From: Fimbriosthenelais zetlandica
Lineage: Eukaryota
Length of the DNA stretch: 64,000 nt
Assembly: GCA_977030845.1 (NCBI GenBank)
Contig: OZ365112.1
Location: 6,386,001-6,450,000, forward strand
Reading direction: 5' to 3'
Shown here: positions 1 through 13,757 of the stretch, piece by piece
Layout of the letters: each line of letters begins with the position of its first letter
How positions within the stretch are numbered: the first letter of the stretch is position 1
The notes under the pieces: model-generated
Databases searched by the model: none
Seen by the model: only the letters and a program-made list of their open reading frames with translations
Told to the model about the DNA's origin: nothing
Made by a program: the position numbers and the translations under genes

Positions 1-2220
1 TGAACCATCCAGAACAATCAGAACACTCTGTAGGATTTGGTGTTTGCTTTTTCATGTTTATCCCGCATAAAATTGCATATTTGCAATTAATTCGTCTCAC
101 CAGAGACTGAATTATAGTCCCAAAATGAAGGAATAGCTAGGATATCACAGATGCCCTTTTATAGAAAGTATCCTACCTACTCAAGCATCTTGCTGGTATA
201 TGTTCTTTCTTGTGATCTATGATGTATCTTACCCCACAGTGGTTTTGACCGACACCAATAAGGTAATGGACTAATTGGATGGGTGCGGAGAATGGTGCTT
301 TTGTCGTTATAACCACAGAAAGACTCAGCGGGATATAGAGATTGTATTAGGGTGAGGAGCATGTGGCTCCCGTGAGGTTAGATCCGGGCTTTGTCGTGGG
401 CATTATAGGAGACAGGCACCACCTTGTGCCAGGTGGGGGTATTAGTACTGGAAAGGTCACCTCCCTCCTGCCAATTCTAATTACAATAGAGGGATAACTC
501 TGACGCCTCTTAAGACTACAGCCTTGGGCCACAAGTGGCGTTGGCATCAAAGATCTGAAGGGCGTATTAGTCTGGGTCTATAGAGTGGCTCTTCAACAAA
601 GGTAGACTGGAAGTGGGTATTTACAGCTCGTGTGTATATATAGTCCATATATTACCTTGGATATTTAAGCCACTAGCCGCCTGGAAACTTTGCTCCACCA
701 ATCTTGCCTTTGGTGTTTTTTCCTTCTATTACAGCCCCTACAAAGACCATCTGTGGCGGAAGGCTTTCTATACATTCACCACTCATTAGAATAAACACCA
801 GAAGCAATGGTGTATCCTATAATATGACTTTACCTTTTGCCCTCTTTACGTATCTATTATCTTTGCTATGCCTTTTTCTCATCGATCATTTCAATCCGCT
901 ATGGGATAAGTAGAATAATCATTGCCCTATTGTGGCCTTCTGTCTTCTTTGATTTACACCCGATCTGTTGTCTTCATGCCTCCCACATTAGATCCTCTCC
1001 CTTACTATAACTATTTACCCTCCTACCCTCCTCCTACATTCGCCCATCTCTCACGGCACACTCGGCGTCCTCTAATACCTCCTCCCGTCCACTGGAATCA
1101 AGTAGAGATACTGAAGTATATACACTCCTCCAGGGAACCCATTGCTGGTGCAATATTCATTGGGTGCCTATAGATAATTCTGGTAGACGGCCATGTTTGA
1201 TAACATAACCGCAGCCAAGAGGCAGAGGCTGAGAGAACAAGGTAATTGAACAAACTCCAGTTAATTAAGGCCGGTTTAAATGCATAGTTGCACCCAATGG
1301 ATCAAGCAATGTATACATGGGTAAGCTCCATGCATTTGTGTGTTCTTTGAGTTATGGCCTACAGGGGAATGATTTCCATATCAAAAAGTATATATAACAC
1401 CCCCGCCCATCAATGTGGGTGCAGTTTATACACACAAATGATCTTCAAGCATGCATCTACCTCTACTATATGATCGATCGTCGCCCACTTCATTCGAATA
1501 GAGCCTGATAGATGTAAGCCAGACCTTTAAATCATAATTCCATGAGTTCTAGGCTTTTGAATATTCAGAGTTGAAAGGTAGTATACACAGTTTAATCTGG
1601 TAGTGATGGGCACAATATATTAGTATACCATACTGAATTCTGTATGCATACCCTTCCACTGCATAGGCTTATCCTTTTCACGGAAGAAAGGATGGTTATT
1701 CACGGGTAGAATATTCTGATGTTAACGCCATTTGAAAGTGCGTTTAAAGTTTCAATGAGGACTAAAAGCTTTTAGGATTCATTTGGTGAGAACAACATCA
1801 GATGTGGCTTTTATGTTTAGTGGCAGTTAAGAAGGCAACATTAGATTTTGCTCTAACAGAAGAAAATTTGTATGGCAAACACGGCTTGGAAGCGCAATGT
1901 CAACCAAGTGTAGGAAAGTGGTGAGCGGTGTATTGGAAGCCACCAGTTGTGCTGTTTGGAGAAGCCAAGCAGGAAGCCACGCACAAGAGCGCATGCTTTA
2001 TCCCAGCGAGTCTACTTTAAGGGATAAAACACTTGAAGGAGAAGGATTTACAATCAGGCTGATCCTCAATCGACCTTATGATCGATTAGAGACCATCCTA
2101 CAAAAAAACCTCTATTTCTCTGCCAGCAAAGATAGGCAATCCCCAAACATTTAATTGAAGTGATCTGAATGCATCTGACGTTATCAAACGACGGCTAGCC
2201 ATGAGGGGTCAGCACATCGG

Positions 2221-2427
2221 TCACAACTGGTGAATCCATACTACCCCCTGGGACCAGGGTATCCTAAAACCAACGCCAGAGATCAAACATACTACTCGAA
2301 TCCATTAGTCATAATTGAGCAACTCTAATTTATTTTTCGATCCATCAAAAAGAGGTCCAATGTTGGGCTTGATGGTAGGAGGCAAAGCAGGGAGTGGACG
2401 AACGACTGGAACAAGTGGAGTCGACAT
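2221..2427 (-). pseudogene. Possible LTR-retrotransposon gag N-terminal remnant
   Basis: MSTPLVPVVRPLPALPPTIKPNIGPLFDGSKNKLELLNYD*W. A Pro-rich start followed by an FDG motif resembles gag N-termini. No LTR, PBS or pol found. Confidence 0.22.
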
Positions 2428-4686
2428 GCTCAGCCATAGACGTTCCACTCGGTGAGTCCCATTCCATCTTCCCTCACATAATGGCTTCTCCTGGCGCTCA
2501 TCTCGTGTGGCTTCCGGAGACTGAAGCCACTAAAGAAGTCAATGGCTGGCTATGATAATCAGGAAGTTGGAGCGAGGAAGGAGGAGAGTAGTTTTCTCAC
2601 GCTCTACTGGGCAGTAATTGCCAGATTTCCCCACCAATGTGATACAGAAAATTTTTGAGGCATCGGCACCGGAAGAGAAGCCTTATAGAACAGCAAAGAA
2701 TAAAGAAACGATAGTGATAAGCTTGCAAGTAGGCATGAAAGGGACAGATAAAAGGAATGGCATCCTTCCTAGAAACTAATGACTCTTTCACACAAATTTG
2801 TTTAAATTGCGAAATTCCATGGACTTACAAATTGCTGTCTCTCCAAGCATGCCAAAGGAAGCCATGTTTTTGGAGGAAGATTGACATGGCAATTTAGTTA
2901 AAATGTGAATTTCCTGACAAAGTAATTAGATATGGTGGTAGTCGGGCAATTTATGACAAGGCAGTAGACATCAAATATTAACCTCTCCCCCACAAACTCT
3001 GCTCACAGGAACAAATGACTTCCTTTTCTTATTGCCCCTCTTCATGCAATTCTCTTGTGTTAATCTGTCATTCCATACTCCTTCCTGAATTAAGTGTATA
3101 CCCAATGGCCGATGGCAACGGCACGAATACGAAAATAACCATGCCAACATTCTGATTATATTAATACTTGACACACAAGAAAATTCTTTTAAGTACTTCC
3201 AACATTGCAGTTTGGCCAAGCTTACATTGAGGGGGGACAAAGGGAAGCATTCAATCTGTCATGTGCAGCTGTTCCTCACATCCAGATGACATCAGTCAGG
3301 CCAACATTATGGCACAATCTCAGCTGGAAGAAAGGCGGAGAAACGGCCAATGGGAGATGGCTTGACTTTTCAATGAGCCCCATTTGCCAGAGAATTCTAC
3401 AATACTATCTATTAGACAAAGATGAGCAGCACATCCATGGCCCATGTCCCCTGTCTGCCTCCATTTATCATGGTTTTGTATGCTTGTTCTGAGGATGCAG
3501 CCAACAGTATTGCGCAAGCTATGAAAAGAAATCTAGGTCGCTTTATCGATAACACACTTGTTTTTCCTCTCCCAAATTGTATTCAAATCCCATTGAACCC
3601 ATCACTTTTCCAGTGTCTTCCACGTAGGCCATACCCATCAACAAATCTCCGTTGGTTCTATCGATTGCGGTGCGATCCCATGGCACAGCGTGCTATAAAG
3701 TTGGCTCGGCACGACCAACGGGTGGTGTGGGAGGCGCAGCAGCTCAGTGCCTGCCAAGGCCTGGTCACATTGTCTACATACATTCTCCAGTTCTAAATGC
3801 ATACGACTGCATTAAGCATGACCATGCATCATCAGAGGCAAGAAGGACATGCTTCAAGCATCTAACTCCCTCCCGGCTTTGATAAATGGCTGCAAGCAAC
3901 TGGAGAATATAATGGAGCATGGACTAGAACCCAAGCTCGAGGTCTCACTTCTGGCGTCGATAATAAACATGGTGTTTGTATATATCTTTATAGCTAAGAA
4001 TTCTCTTTACTCTGACACAAAAATGTGTCAGAGTGAGTCAGGGAACACCAAAACATGCCATCTTTATCCAGGCACTTTTACCAGAATGCGTTAAGAAATA
4101 GCACATGAGAATGGCACATAAGAACATCTCCTTCTTTGTGCTGACATGAGAGCTAGAGAAGGAAATCCTGCGAAATGAGGCTTTTACTTAGCCAGACGTC
4201 GTGGAAATACAAAAATTGTCTTACAGTCCCAATGCACCCACATACAAGACGGCACATATTCCCATTCAGAGAGTACCACGACAGAGGCAATATTTTTAGG
4301 ATGCGGTCAATCTAAAATGGTACAATAGGTCTCTGGCGCCAACTCAGGCACTCAAACAGATCTATTGATTTTAGCTTTGTCCCATCCCCTCCCCTCCATT
4401 GCCAGAGTTTCATAACAAAAGCTTTAGCGCCGGCCAGAATCACCCAAAGAAAAAAGTTGAGATGGCCAGGCAGGATTCATGCCATCTCTAAGACCATTCT
4501 GGCATCATACTTGTTCTGTGATTTATGGACGGACTACAATTCCTTCCATCAGATATATTTCCACATATACCAACCATAACATAGACACATAGGTTTATGT
4601 ATTATACACTATTGTAATCTCTGTATATGCCCTGGATTTATAAGTCTTTTGAGGCTTATACAGCAGGATTCAGTCTCGTACTTTAA

Positions 4687-4897
4687 AGCCGGGACTCCAC
4701 AGCTGCGATTTTGCTTGCGACACTACTGCGACAAAGGTGATGCTTGTGAAGTTGTGTAATAATAAAATTTATAAATTGTGGTTCAAGTGTCCAAGGCCTT
4801 AAGGCCGTCCTCCAATGGTAAATTTATTATTGAAACACAAGCATCACCTTTGTCGCAGACGTGTCGCAAGCAAAATCGCAGCAGTGGAGTCCCGGCT
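4687..4897. mobile_element. PIF/Harbinger-type MITE, family A, copy 1 (211 bp)
   Basis: 62-bp terminal inverted repeats starting AGCCGGGACTCCAC with 3 mismatches between arms. Flanked on both sides by TAA (4684-4686, 4898-4900). No coding capacity. A 3-bp TWA TSD is the established PIF/Harbinger signature. Confidence 0.9.
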
Positions 4898-7800
4898 TAA
4901 CATAGTGGAAGTCACTGCGTCAGCAGAGCTGAGGGCAATCCCAGAGAGAAGGAAGTAATTAAGGCTTGTTGTTTTAATCACTTAAAGCTGATAGTCAATC
5001 AAGTCCTTCCAGGTGAGCAGGTACAGGTTTTTCATGGCCTTATCACCAGAGGCCTCAAGTGGAAACACGGATTTGACACCAACATGCCCAGTTTAGCCAA
5101 GCTTGTCATCATATTTTGATAAGGTTGCAGCTAACTTTAATTAGGAGGAAGCAAATAGTGGTTGCCAAAGATGGAGCATTGAAAAGGATAACCCGAGGTC
5201 TTGAAACTTTTTCTCCTCTCAAACTCTAGCCCACAGTCTGAATAACACCAGATAGGTAGTTAATTTCTCTGATTCTCCAGCGCTAATCCAACGATGAGGA
5301 GTTTTCTCTCATTCTAAGAACATAAATGTAATCAGTTCAAATAGGACAGTTACTTTGCCAAGCTAGCTTCAAATTACCAGAGAATAGTGCCTTTCCGCAA
5401 GGAAAGCCATACCTAAATGGGTTTATGAGCGTAGAACAATTTCTTTGGTTTGCGTCTTTGAAGGAACATGCCCGTAATATTCCCGATAAGGGAAATATAT
5501 GTAGGGACATTCATCATTGTAATTAACTGTACAGTGAAGATAACAAGAGGGGCTATGTGTGGTGTAATAAGCTGTCAAAGGCTACACATAGAGCCATACA
5601 ATACCTTCCTCCCACTCCATCCCTACCTTGTCCTCTATTTGACCGGGAAAAGGGAGGAAAATGCAACTCCGGGCGCCAAGTAATTGGATCATTTATTTTA
5701 AAGGTTGCGCTGGAACATTCCCATTGCAGATCCCAGGATCGTTTATAAACCAGAATCGATAAGGCGAATAAATTGGTATTTCAGTCAATGGTATTTGACC
5801 GCGCTGGTGTACTCTACTTACCATGGTTTCGCACTCGGGACATAATTGAATGGCAGCACATTAGTAATAGCCCAAATTATTTGAACAATTTGAAACAGTT
5901 GAGTGGGCTTTCATCTCCCTTCCCGCAGGAACCATGAAATTTGCTGATTTTACTTGATGCCTTCCGATCAGAGCACGGCCGCCTTGCACTGTGCCAATTC
6001 CCTTTGGTGAAACTTGTAAAACGGATTCTCCAATGGAGTGTATTAGCAAGCATAATACCAGCAGCAATTATGAAACCCAGGTTTCCTCTAATCACAGAAT
6101 GTGTTTTTAGGAAATTAATGGAATGATTTAATCAGTTCTGGAAACAGCCATTGGGCTGGGGAAATTAAATGAAACTCCGGGACGTTCCCAAGTGTTCATA
6201 AGTAATTGCGTCAACTCTTGTCCAGCGGACAAATGCCACTCTCGTTTGCTATTTTAGTCTCGTTTGGACTCTTCCAGATGTCCGGTGAATAATTCAGGCA
6301 AATTCTCACCTCAAGCAGGGACGACTGATTACATCTGGTTTGCGAGAATCAGCAGTAAAGAGGTCCAGTAGGAGGGCAGGGCAATTCTAACCTTCCTCAG
6401 TCCTGTCCTGGGGCCAGCAATAGGGTGGGGGCCATGTAATGGTCAGGGAGAAGCTGTTTTCATCATTTGACATAATCAGGCTCCTCTTTTTCTGACGAGT
6501 TCCAGACTGATCCAATGTCTGCACTTCCTCTGATGCGGCACAATGACGCCGGGCTCAGTGCAAATTCGTTCAGAATCGCCAACGAGGGAAAACTTAAATT
6601 GAATCCTATTCGATTCCACTGAAAGAGAACATGGGGCCATCTTTCTCTCGGCTGCAGCCTAACTGCGCATATGGCAATGCTCAAGAAAATGAAGCCCCAT
6701 GCAAAAAGCGTGTAAAACCTGGGAACAAAAAAGGCGCCAGATTTACTTTTGCATGAAACAGCCCGCCGGGATCCCAGTGTGGATCATCCTTGATTAGAAT
6801 TTTTGTGCAAATAGTTTTGTTTGAGATTACGAATTAATAGGAAATCACGCCTAATGAAGCAGGCAAATAATTTGATGAATTTTGCTCCTCGTTTCAAATG
6901 AGAGGAAAAGGAGGAGAGGCAGAGGACCTCCACCATTGCAGTGCCAGATGTTTTCAAAGACAGAGACAAAAGCTGCTTAGAAAAAACTTCTTATCTAAAG
7001 CTGCAATGTCTTTACCAATTTTGAATAGCATCGATCCTTTTCAAACATAGCAAGAACCGTCCTTATACTAAGTGTTGCAGGGGGTTTCAATCTATTGTTA
7101 TGGAATCGAAGCGAGACAATACTGCGGATAGAAATAGAGATGGATGAGTCGGGTCAGATTTTCCTTCTTCAGTTCTGAGGTCCCAGGGTCATCAGCCATT
7201 ACTGAATACGGCTCAGAGTTTGCCAAGCAAGGTCTACTAGCTTGGTAACCCTCTCTAAACCATCGAAGCATCCACTGTGATTGGAGATTGAAGCTTCATT
7301 CCCAAAACAACTAAGGTCACTCTCACAAGCCATCCACTCTCCCTATGTCCCCCAGCCTTGTTCAGGTCCTTGCTTTCTTGCCCCTAGCTTCCCTATGCTT
7401 ATTTACCTCGGTGGAATCCCTGAGACAACACAGCTTTATTGAGCATTTGACCTCTGGAGACAAATGACCTAGAAATCAAAGTGGATTTAATCGCCAGGCC
7501 CTGGGAACAATGGAAAGCTGAATGAAAATTAAAGGAGCAAAGTCGCCCACCATTTTTCCCTAGCCAGAGTTATGAGATAAAAAGCTGGCCTCCCAGTGGC
7601 CATTCTTTTTCCACTCACAGGCTTAACTAATGGGAGAACAAATTGCAGCTCTTCTAAGCAGGAACCTACTTACCAGAGACCTTAAGGATAGACCAGTATG
7701 GCAGTAGCTATAGCCGTTAAACGGCAGGGTAATTAGGAAAAATATCCTGTGGGTGACTCCTCCTGTGATACACAATGCAACTTGATTCTGACTGTCATAA

Positions 7801-10800
7801 AAATAACATTTGGGGGAAGAGCGCAATGAGATGCCTCGATTGCGATTAAAATGATTTATACAGATGCCACTAGAGGAAATACTAGTCTACTGGATCCCAC
7901 AGCTTAGAACAAACACAACATACACAGATCCCTCCTTCTATCCTTGGCCTTAGCCAGATAGGCCCCAACCGACCAGGGGAATGTAACATTGCAGACTCAC
8001 AAGCAATCCAAGTGGCCAGTGCAAGTTGAGTTATAATTCCCTCAAGTATTGTGGTGTAATATAGAAAGGGCCAGGTGGTTTTCGCTACGGCCATTAGCCC
8101 ATCAGCCTTGCCTTCCCCGGGGCCTCTGCGGCAACTCCGAATTCGTTTTTGTACCAGGAACCCAGTAACTCTTAGACAGGAAGGGGTAAGTTCTTCGGCA
8201 TAAAAGTACATTTCTTGAAGCCATGGTATCAACTTGTAGATGGTAAACGAGGGCTAGCGTTCTCAGCCACAATTTGTAACCTCCATATACATATCTGTTT
8301 TCATCTGATGGCACGCTAAGGGATGGCTATCTTAGTTTCCATGGTAATAACAACATTAGTGTCCATCGATTCCCAATTAGGGTGGATTGAGAGAGGGATG
8401 GCCATGGTCTGTACAACTTAATGCATGTGACCCCGTGGCTGATTTCTGATTGGTAATTCACGCCAATTGCCCCAGTCACGCAATCCTTGAATGATAACTG
8501 ACTACGAGTGACTGCAACTGGAACTTGGTGCTTGTCTAGTGATTCTTGGAACCCTCTCATCTAATCACCTCCTTTCAGACTTGATGCCTTATGTATAATT
8601 GATAAATCTTACCATCTCTATCTTAGCATCTACCAGACACTAGAAGGAAAGGGTCGTTTCCTAGAATTACATGTACAACCATGCATGGGTGCGATGAGGT
8701 CTCAGTAATAATTGTAAAAAGATGATTGAATGCATCCTTTAAAAGACATACATATGATCATCATGAATTACTATATCAAAAGGAAAATTGTACGTAAAGG
8801 AGTTTCCTTACAAACTGTTTTGAAGAATGGAAATGCTCTCTTCTATTATCGAAAAGCAGGACTAAATGTTGTAATTAAAGTAAAATAACAAGTAATGGGC
8901 AATATAAATCTGTCAGGTAGAAAGGATATCATCGCGGACATACATCTTCCTTGTTATGGCTTTCGCCTGCAACTTGTATCAATCAGAACTACTTTTTGTC
9001 ACTTTCGCCCATCAAGCGAAGCGGAAAGGCAACACGCGCCAAGGTAAGGAAGAGATAACAGGATGATTAGGCTGCTCTGTCGCCAGAAATCACCAGTAAT
9101 TGATTGAACAACTAGGTGGAGGACCACCGATATGACAAACCACATCGCAATCACTCCTGCCTGGATGCCAAATTAATGTGTGTGTACACACTAGTACAAA
9201 AACGGCAAGAGAAAAAACAAGACAGTAAGAAAGCACCAGTATTGGGCTATCAAGTACTAGATAGATAGGAGATTACAGGTCAGCAAATTAATCACTGGCA
9301 ACCTGGATTCGATTGAATACAAACACCTTCCAATTACAGACCATATCGCAAGCAGCAGCTTTGTCTGCAGTCCGGTGAAGCAATTGCCAGGGCCAAAGGA
9401 AGCACATCTCTCAGAGTTGCTGGAATGTGCTGAAGACGAAGAGGGTAATCGAATTCCATACCACTTAGCTGCCAGCAATCGAGACACCTGCCACTCAGTA
9501 TGAATGTGAAACAACCGATACTGGACCCAGTGTCCCACCCTCTTTATCACTATGAAAGGAACCTAGTATTTGGCCTCACATAGTGGGCTACAGTGATGGA
9601 GGGAGTGTGGAGGCTCATTGAGGCATGGTAGATCAGGTTTGGGGAAAGAGTGTAGTCAGTGTATAAGGATATGGCCAAGCTTGATATAAGTCACCAAGAG
9701 TGAACAAATAATGAATAGTACCACAGTTTCCTACATAATGACTTCAATCTATGATTCTGAAAGCATTACAAGAAACATTAGGGAGTCATATTAGAACATT
9801 ACGAGATGGGAATTTTGGGAATGGAACATTACATTGTTACATACAAGTTTAATGATGTTCCAACATCTCAGCGTGAGACTGTAAGATCTGTATGAAGGAT
9901 CTATCGTGTAGCTCATCCCTAAGGTTCGTCTCTGATCCAAAGGCGGCCTCAAAGCTTTGATAAATCAGGGTTGCTAAGAGTACCGCAGACAGTACACCAC
10001 CTAAAAAGATGGAATAGGATCCAGCGCTGTTTCCAATTCTCCACTTGATTTAAAACTCAGGGGAATGAAAATGATACTATCCAGGGGTAGTGTTTACCAT
10101 CAAAATGTCCTATTAAACTCAAGACCAGAATAAACACACTTCATGGGGAGGATTCATATTCACAATATTTTAATCCTGAACTGGAGAGAAACCAAATAGC
10201 GGAAAGTACCTAGAAATACATTATACATGTAGAATGCATGGTCCTTAAAGGATCAGGCAATGAATAAATGATATAGTTTACGATGATTGCTACAGTGTTG
10301 ATTGTTACTTATATAAGAATTGCATAATTCTCATGGGAAAGTAAGGAAATGGCCACCAGACACTCCTGGAATGAATATTCATTGTGTCTGCAGAAGCTGT
10401 ATTAATCTTTTGGCCCGTCAGAGGGGCGACTAAAGGAATGACAAAGTGAAAGGTATCTGTGGACGATCTACAATAGGCTTGCATGTAGCCATCCCATGTG
10501 CCATAGACGGGAACAGTTTCTGAAGAGAGTGTGCACTAATTGTTCATTGAAACACGAGAATTAACCCAATTTAGCTTTGATCGGAACTACAAAGCACACA
10601 TGATCGATAGAGACTCCTTTCTCGAGGTCTTACTGAGGTAGAACAAGGGGTAAAGATAGGGATGGCTGAGTCTCTTGAATCACTGTTGTTTTCTTGATAC
10701 TCTGAAAGCAGGCTCAGTAAATGGTAATGTTTCTCCACTCTCCAACCGAAGACAAGGCTTGGTGGAGTCTATCTGGGAGAGGCAGAATCGCCTTGGGACT

Positions 10801-11042
10801 CACAACGCCCACAAAACACAGTAGAAACACTCGTCATGTGAATTTTTGCCCCCCTCCAGCACTCACTTTTTAGCTAGCAGCAGGCAGTGGCAAATCGCGC
10901 AGTGCTTGCTTGCAGGAGTGTGTTTTTAATGCCTGAAGCACAATGTAAAATGCCGTTTGTGTTATGGTATCGTGCCCGTGTTCTTTATCGAATGAGCTTT
11001 ACTCGGCAATCACTTGAGCCATGGCCCACCTACAGTGATGTT

Positions 11043-11175
11043 CACCCCCCCCCCCCACCCCCCACAACCTCCCCCCTCCCCCCACCCCACTCTTCCTATT
11101 CACCCCTCTCCACCACCCCTATACATCTCTTCCTTCTATACCCCCGATCCACCCTCTCTTACCACTCCACCACCA
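11043..11175. repeat. C-rich low-complexity tract (G-quadruplex potential on - strand)
   Basis: Multiple runs of 4 or more C separated by short spacers. Confidence 0.85.
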
Positions 11176-12120
11176 TCGATCTTATATTTATCTGAAGCCC
11201 ACTCCCTGTCTATGTAAACCAATCATTATATTAGGCTCCCCTCCCCAGTTGTAAACATAGCTTGCACTCTTGGTAGTGGCGCTCAATTATTCCATCACTT
11301 TTTAACGCTTTCATTAATGATTTCTCATCAAGCAATGTTGCCTCACAACAGTGATTTCCACTGGAAGGAGCTGGTGCTTCCAGGCTTTCCTCAGGCATTA
11401 TCTTCTTAAATCTGTTTCCACAACTATTTTGTTCTTCTAAAGCTGTCATGTTTTAACTGGCATTTCTGGCATAAAAACCCCTTGCTCTACCCACACAGCC
11501 TCTCCAGCCTCTACTTCCATAAAGGTTTGGCCATGTTTAAGTGGTAGCAATCGATATACCACCAAAAATTCTCCACTTTGTCGCACTTTGTCAAGGGATT
11601 ACCGCTAACGACATTAAAGACCACGCCTCGTCGATTAGCGCCACAACCAGATAGAGTTCCCAATGCAGGCAGTCGCCGCAATAGTACGGATGAGAAAGCT
11701 ACCAGGATTAGGCAACGGATGCACGTGTGAGACAGATGCATCCTCCTTTTAGCGCGATTGTGCAATACGAGATTACTCAGACATCCCACCACTGAGCTGG
11801 GCTGCTCTTGGAAATTGCGCGTGAGGTATCTATAGAAATGGGCTTAGAGTTACTCCCCAGCCAAGACTCCAACTGTTATTGGATTATGAGGCTCTATAAA
11901 TCTTGCCGCACCAGGGATAATCTTCACAACAGTCTTCGCTGATCTCATCCTTTTTTCTACACCGATCAGGGGGAGATAGTGGCAAAGGAGACTCATTGTT
12001 GCTCCTTACCTCCCTTTGCTTCGTTAGAATTCCCTCAGAGGCTTTGTTAAGCTTGAGTGTCACTTTCTCTCTGCATGGTGGCTTGTGAAGCCAGGCGAGG
12101 TTGGCTTAAGCTACGCCTAT

Positions 12121-12386
12121 AGAGGTTTTTCACGAGACGTCTCAGGCGTCAAAATGAGACGATCCGCCATTTTGGACGTATAGCACTGCACGTCTATAGG
12201 GTACATAGGGTACGTCCAAACAACATTCATGTACTTTGGAAACTTCTAGTGGGTTGTCTACTATTATTTCTAACTTTGTAAGGCAGTTTGTTTGAACGTA
12301 GACAACGTCGTAGACGTGCATTGCTATACGTCCAAAATGGCGGATCGTCGTATTATGACGCCTGGGACGTCTCGTGAAAAACCTCT
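12121..12386. mobile_element. MITE family B (266 bp), possibly ISL2EU-type
   Basis: 76-bp TIR starting AGAGGTTTTTCACGAGACGTC with 5 mismatches between arms, extending imperfectly further in. Flanked by AT on both sides (12119-12120, 12387-12388). An alternative boundary one base further out gives a TA TSD. Non-coding. Confidence 0.87.
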
Positions 12387-13025
12387 ATACAGAGAGCTGG
12401 AGAACAACCCCCTTCATAGGGATGACTGTACACCTATAACCACCTTTAGGAAGATGAGTGTACACCTACAATTACCTTCCTGGGATGTATTCTCGAGTTC
12501 TATGTACCATAAGGATACATTTACTGAAATATCATAAACTACAGGAAGTGAGAAAAACATGTGTACAAAGAATGTAATGAATAATGATACCTATCAATTA
12601 TACTGAGATGAGGCATTGATGCATTACAAAAGACTCTATTGGTGTTATATTGGCTTATGAGCAGCATATGGAAATGAGTCTTAAGCTCAGGCGATCCAAG
12701 TGTAATAGTCTATTGATATGTGCATTTTTTCCGGGCATCATTAACCTGTTTTTATCCAGTCTCCTGGAAAAGGCAAGTTAGTTTTTCCAACTTTAGTCCC
12801 TGTGTGTCGGTTAGAGTATTTCCCCAAGATGATGCATTGGCATTGTTATTGATTGCTGGAAGGAGAAAAGTATCTATTGAGGGACATCAATCAATGGGCC
12901 ACCTCATCAATCGATCATCCTGGCCAATGATGCTACAACCTTCCTTTATATGTGAAAATAACCTTGTGATCACACCACATCACTGTGAAGGTGTATTTGT
13001 TTAAAAAACCAAGGTCACCCATCAC

Positions 13026-13319
13026 TCTAAATCTCATGTAAATATACAAGTATGAGTATGAAGCATCTTATAGAAAACATGAACTGCGATTCCTTAACCA
13101 ACACTTCTGAGACAACTGAATTACTTGCAACTTTTCGAGGCAGTTCTGTTGAGATCTCAAAATCTCAATCCACATCTAAATGTCTATAGTACAAGTATAC
13201 ATAATAAAGTATCTAATAGAAATCTTACATGAACTGCAATTCTGCAACTGCAACCAATGGAGAGACAGTGCTGACACAACTGAATTACCCACAACTTTGC
13301 GAGGCAGTTCTGTTGAGAT
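13026..13319 (+). repeat. Diverged tandem duplication, two units of about 150 bp
   Basis: Shared blocks in both units: CATGAACTGC(G/A)ATTC, ACAACTGAATTAC, and an identical 19-mer GAGGCAGTTCTGTTGAGAT ending at 13155 and 13319. Confidence 0.75.
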
Positions 13320-13757
13320 AGTATATGGCGAGAAAAGCAAAAGGAAAGAAAATATGTAGATGCTTGTTTAGTGTGAAGGTATGCCACTCACATCCACAGT
13401 GTATGCTGCTCACAGAGCCTGCCATGTCGCCCGGCTGGCCACGGGTCGTGTTAGTGATCAGACGCATCATTAATCCCAAGATCAGCGTCTTTCGTCTCTT
13501 CATCGGAAGCCACGGGAGAGGGATTCAGCTGTCCTTTGGACACACACCGGTGGAATTGGCAATATATGTCCGACGTGGCATAGAGCACTGTCCCCCCGTC
13601 AAAGCCTCCTGTTCACCAGGCGAATCACCGAGGAGGCCTTCCTCTTTACAGAGAGGAATCCCAAAAGCTTATACGATTCATTTGTTGGAGAAGATCGTTC
13701 ATTCTTAATTATCTTCTGTTTCAAAAAGTGCAAGACGGGCCTTTGATATTAGCTTTC

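Noticed and set aside
1744-1763. 18/20 match to 13782-13801
   Set aside because: Matches of this quality are expected by chance among all pairs in 64 kb.
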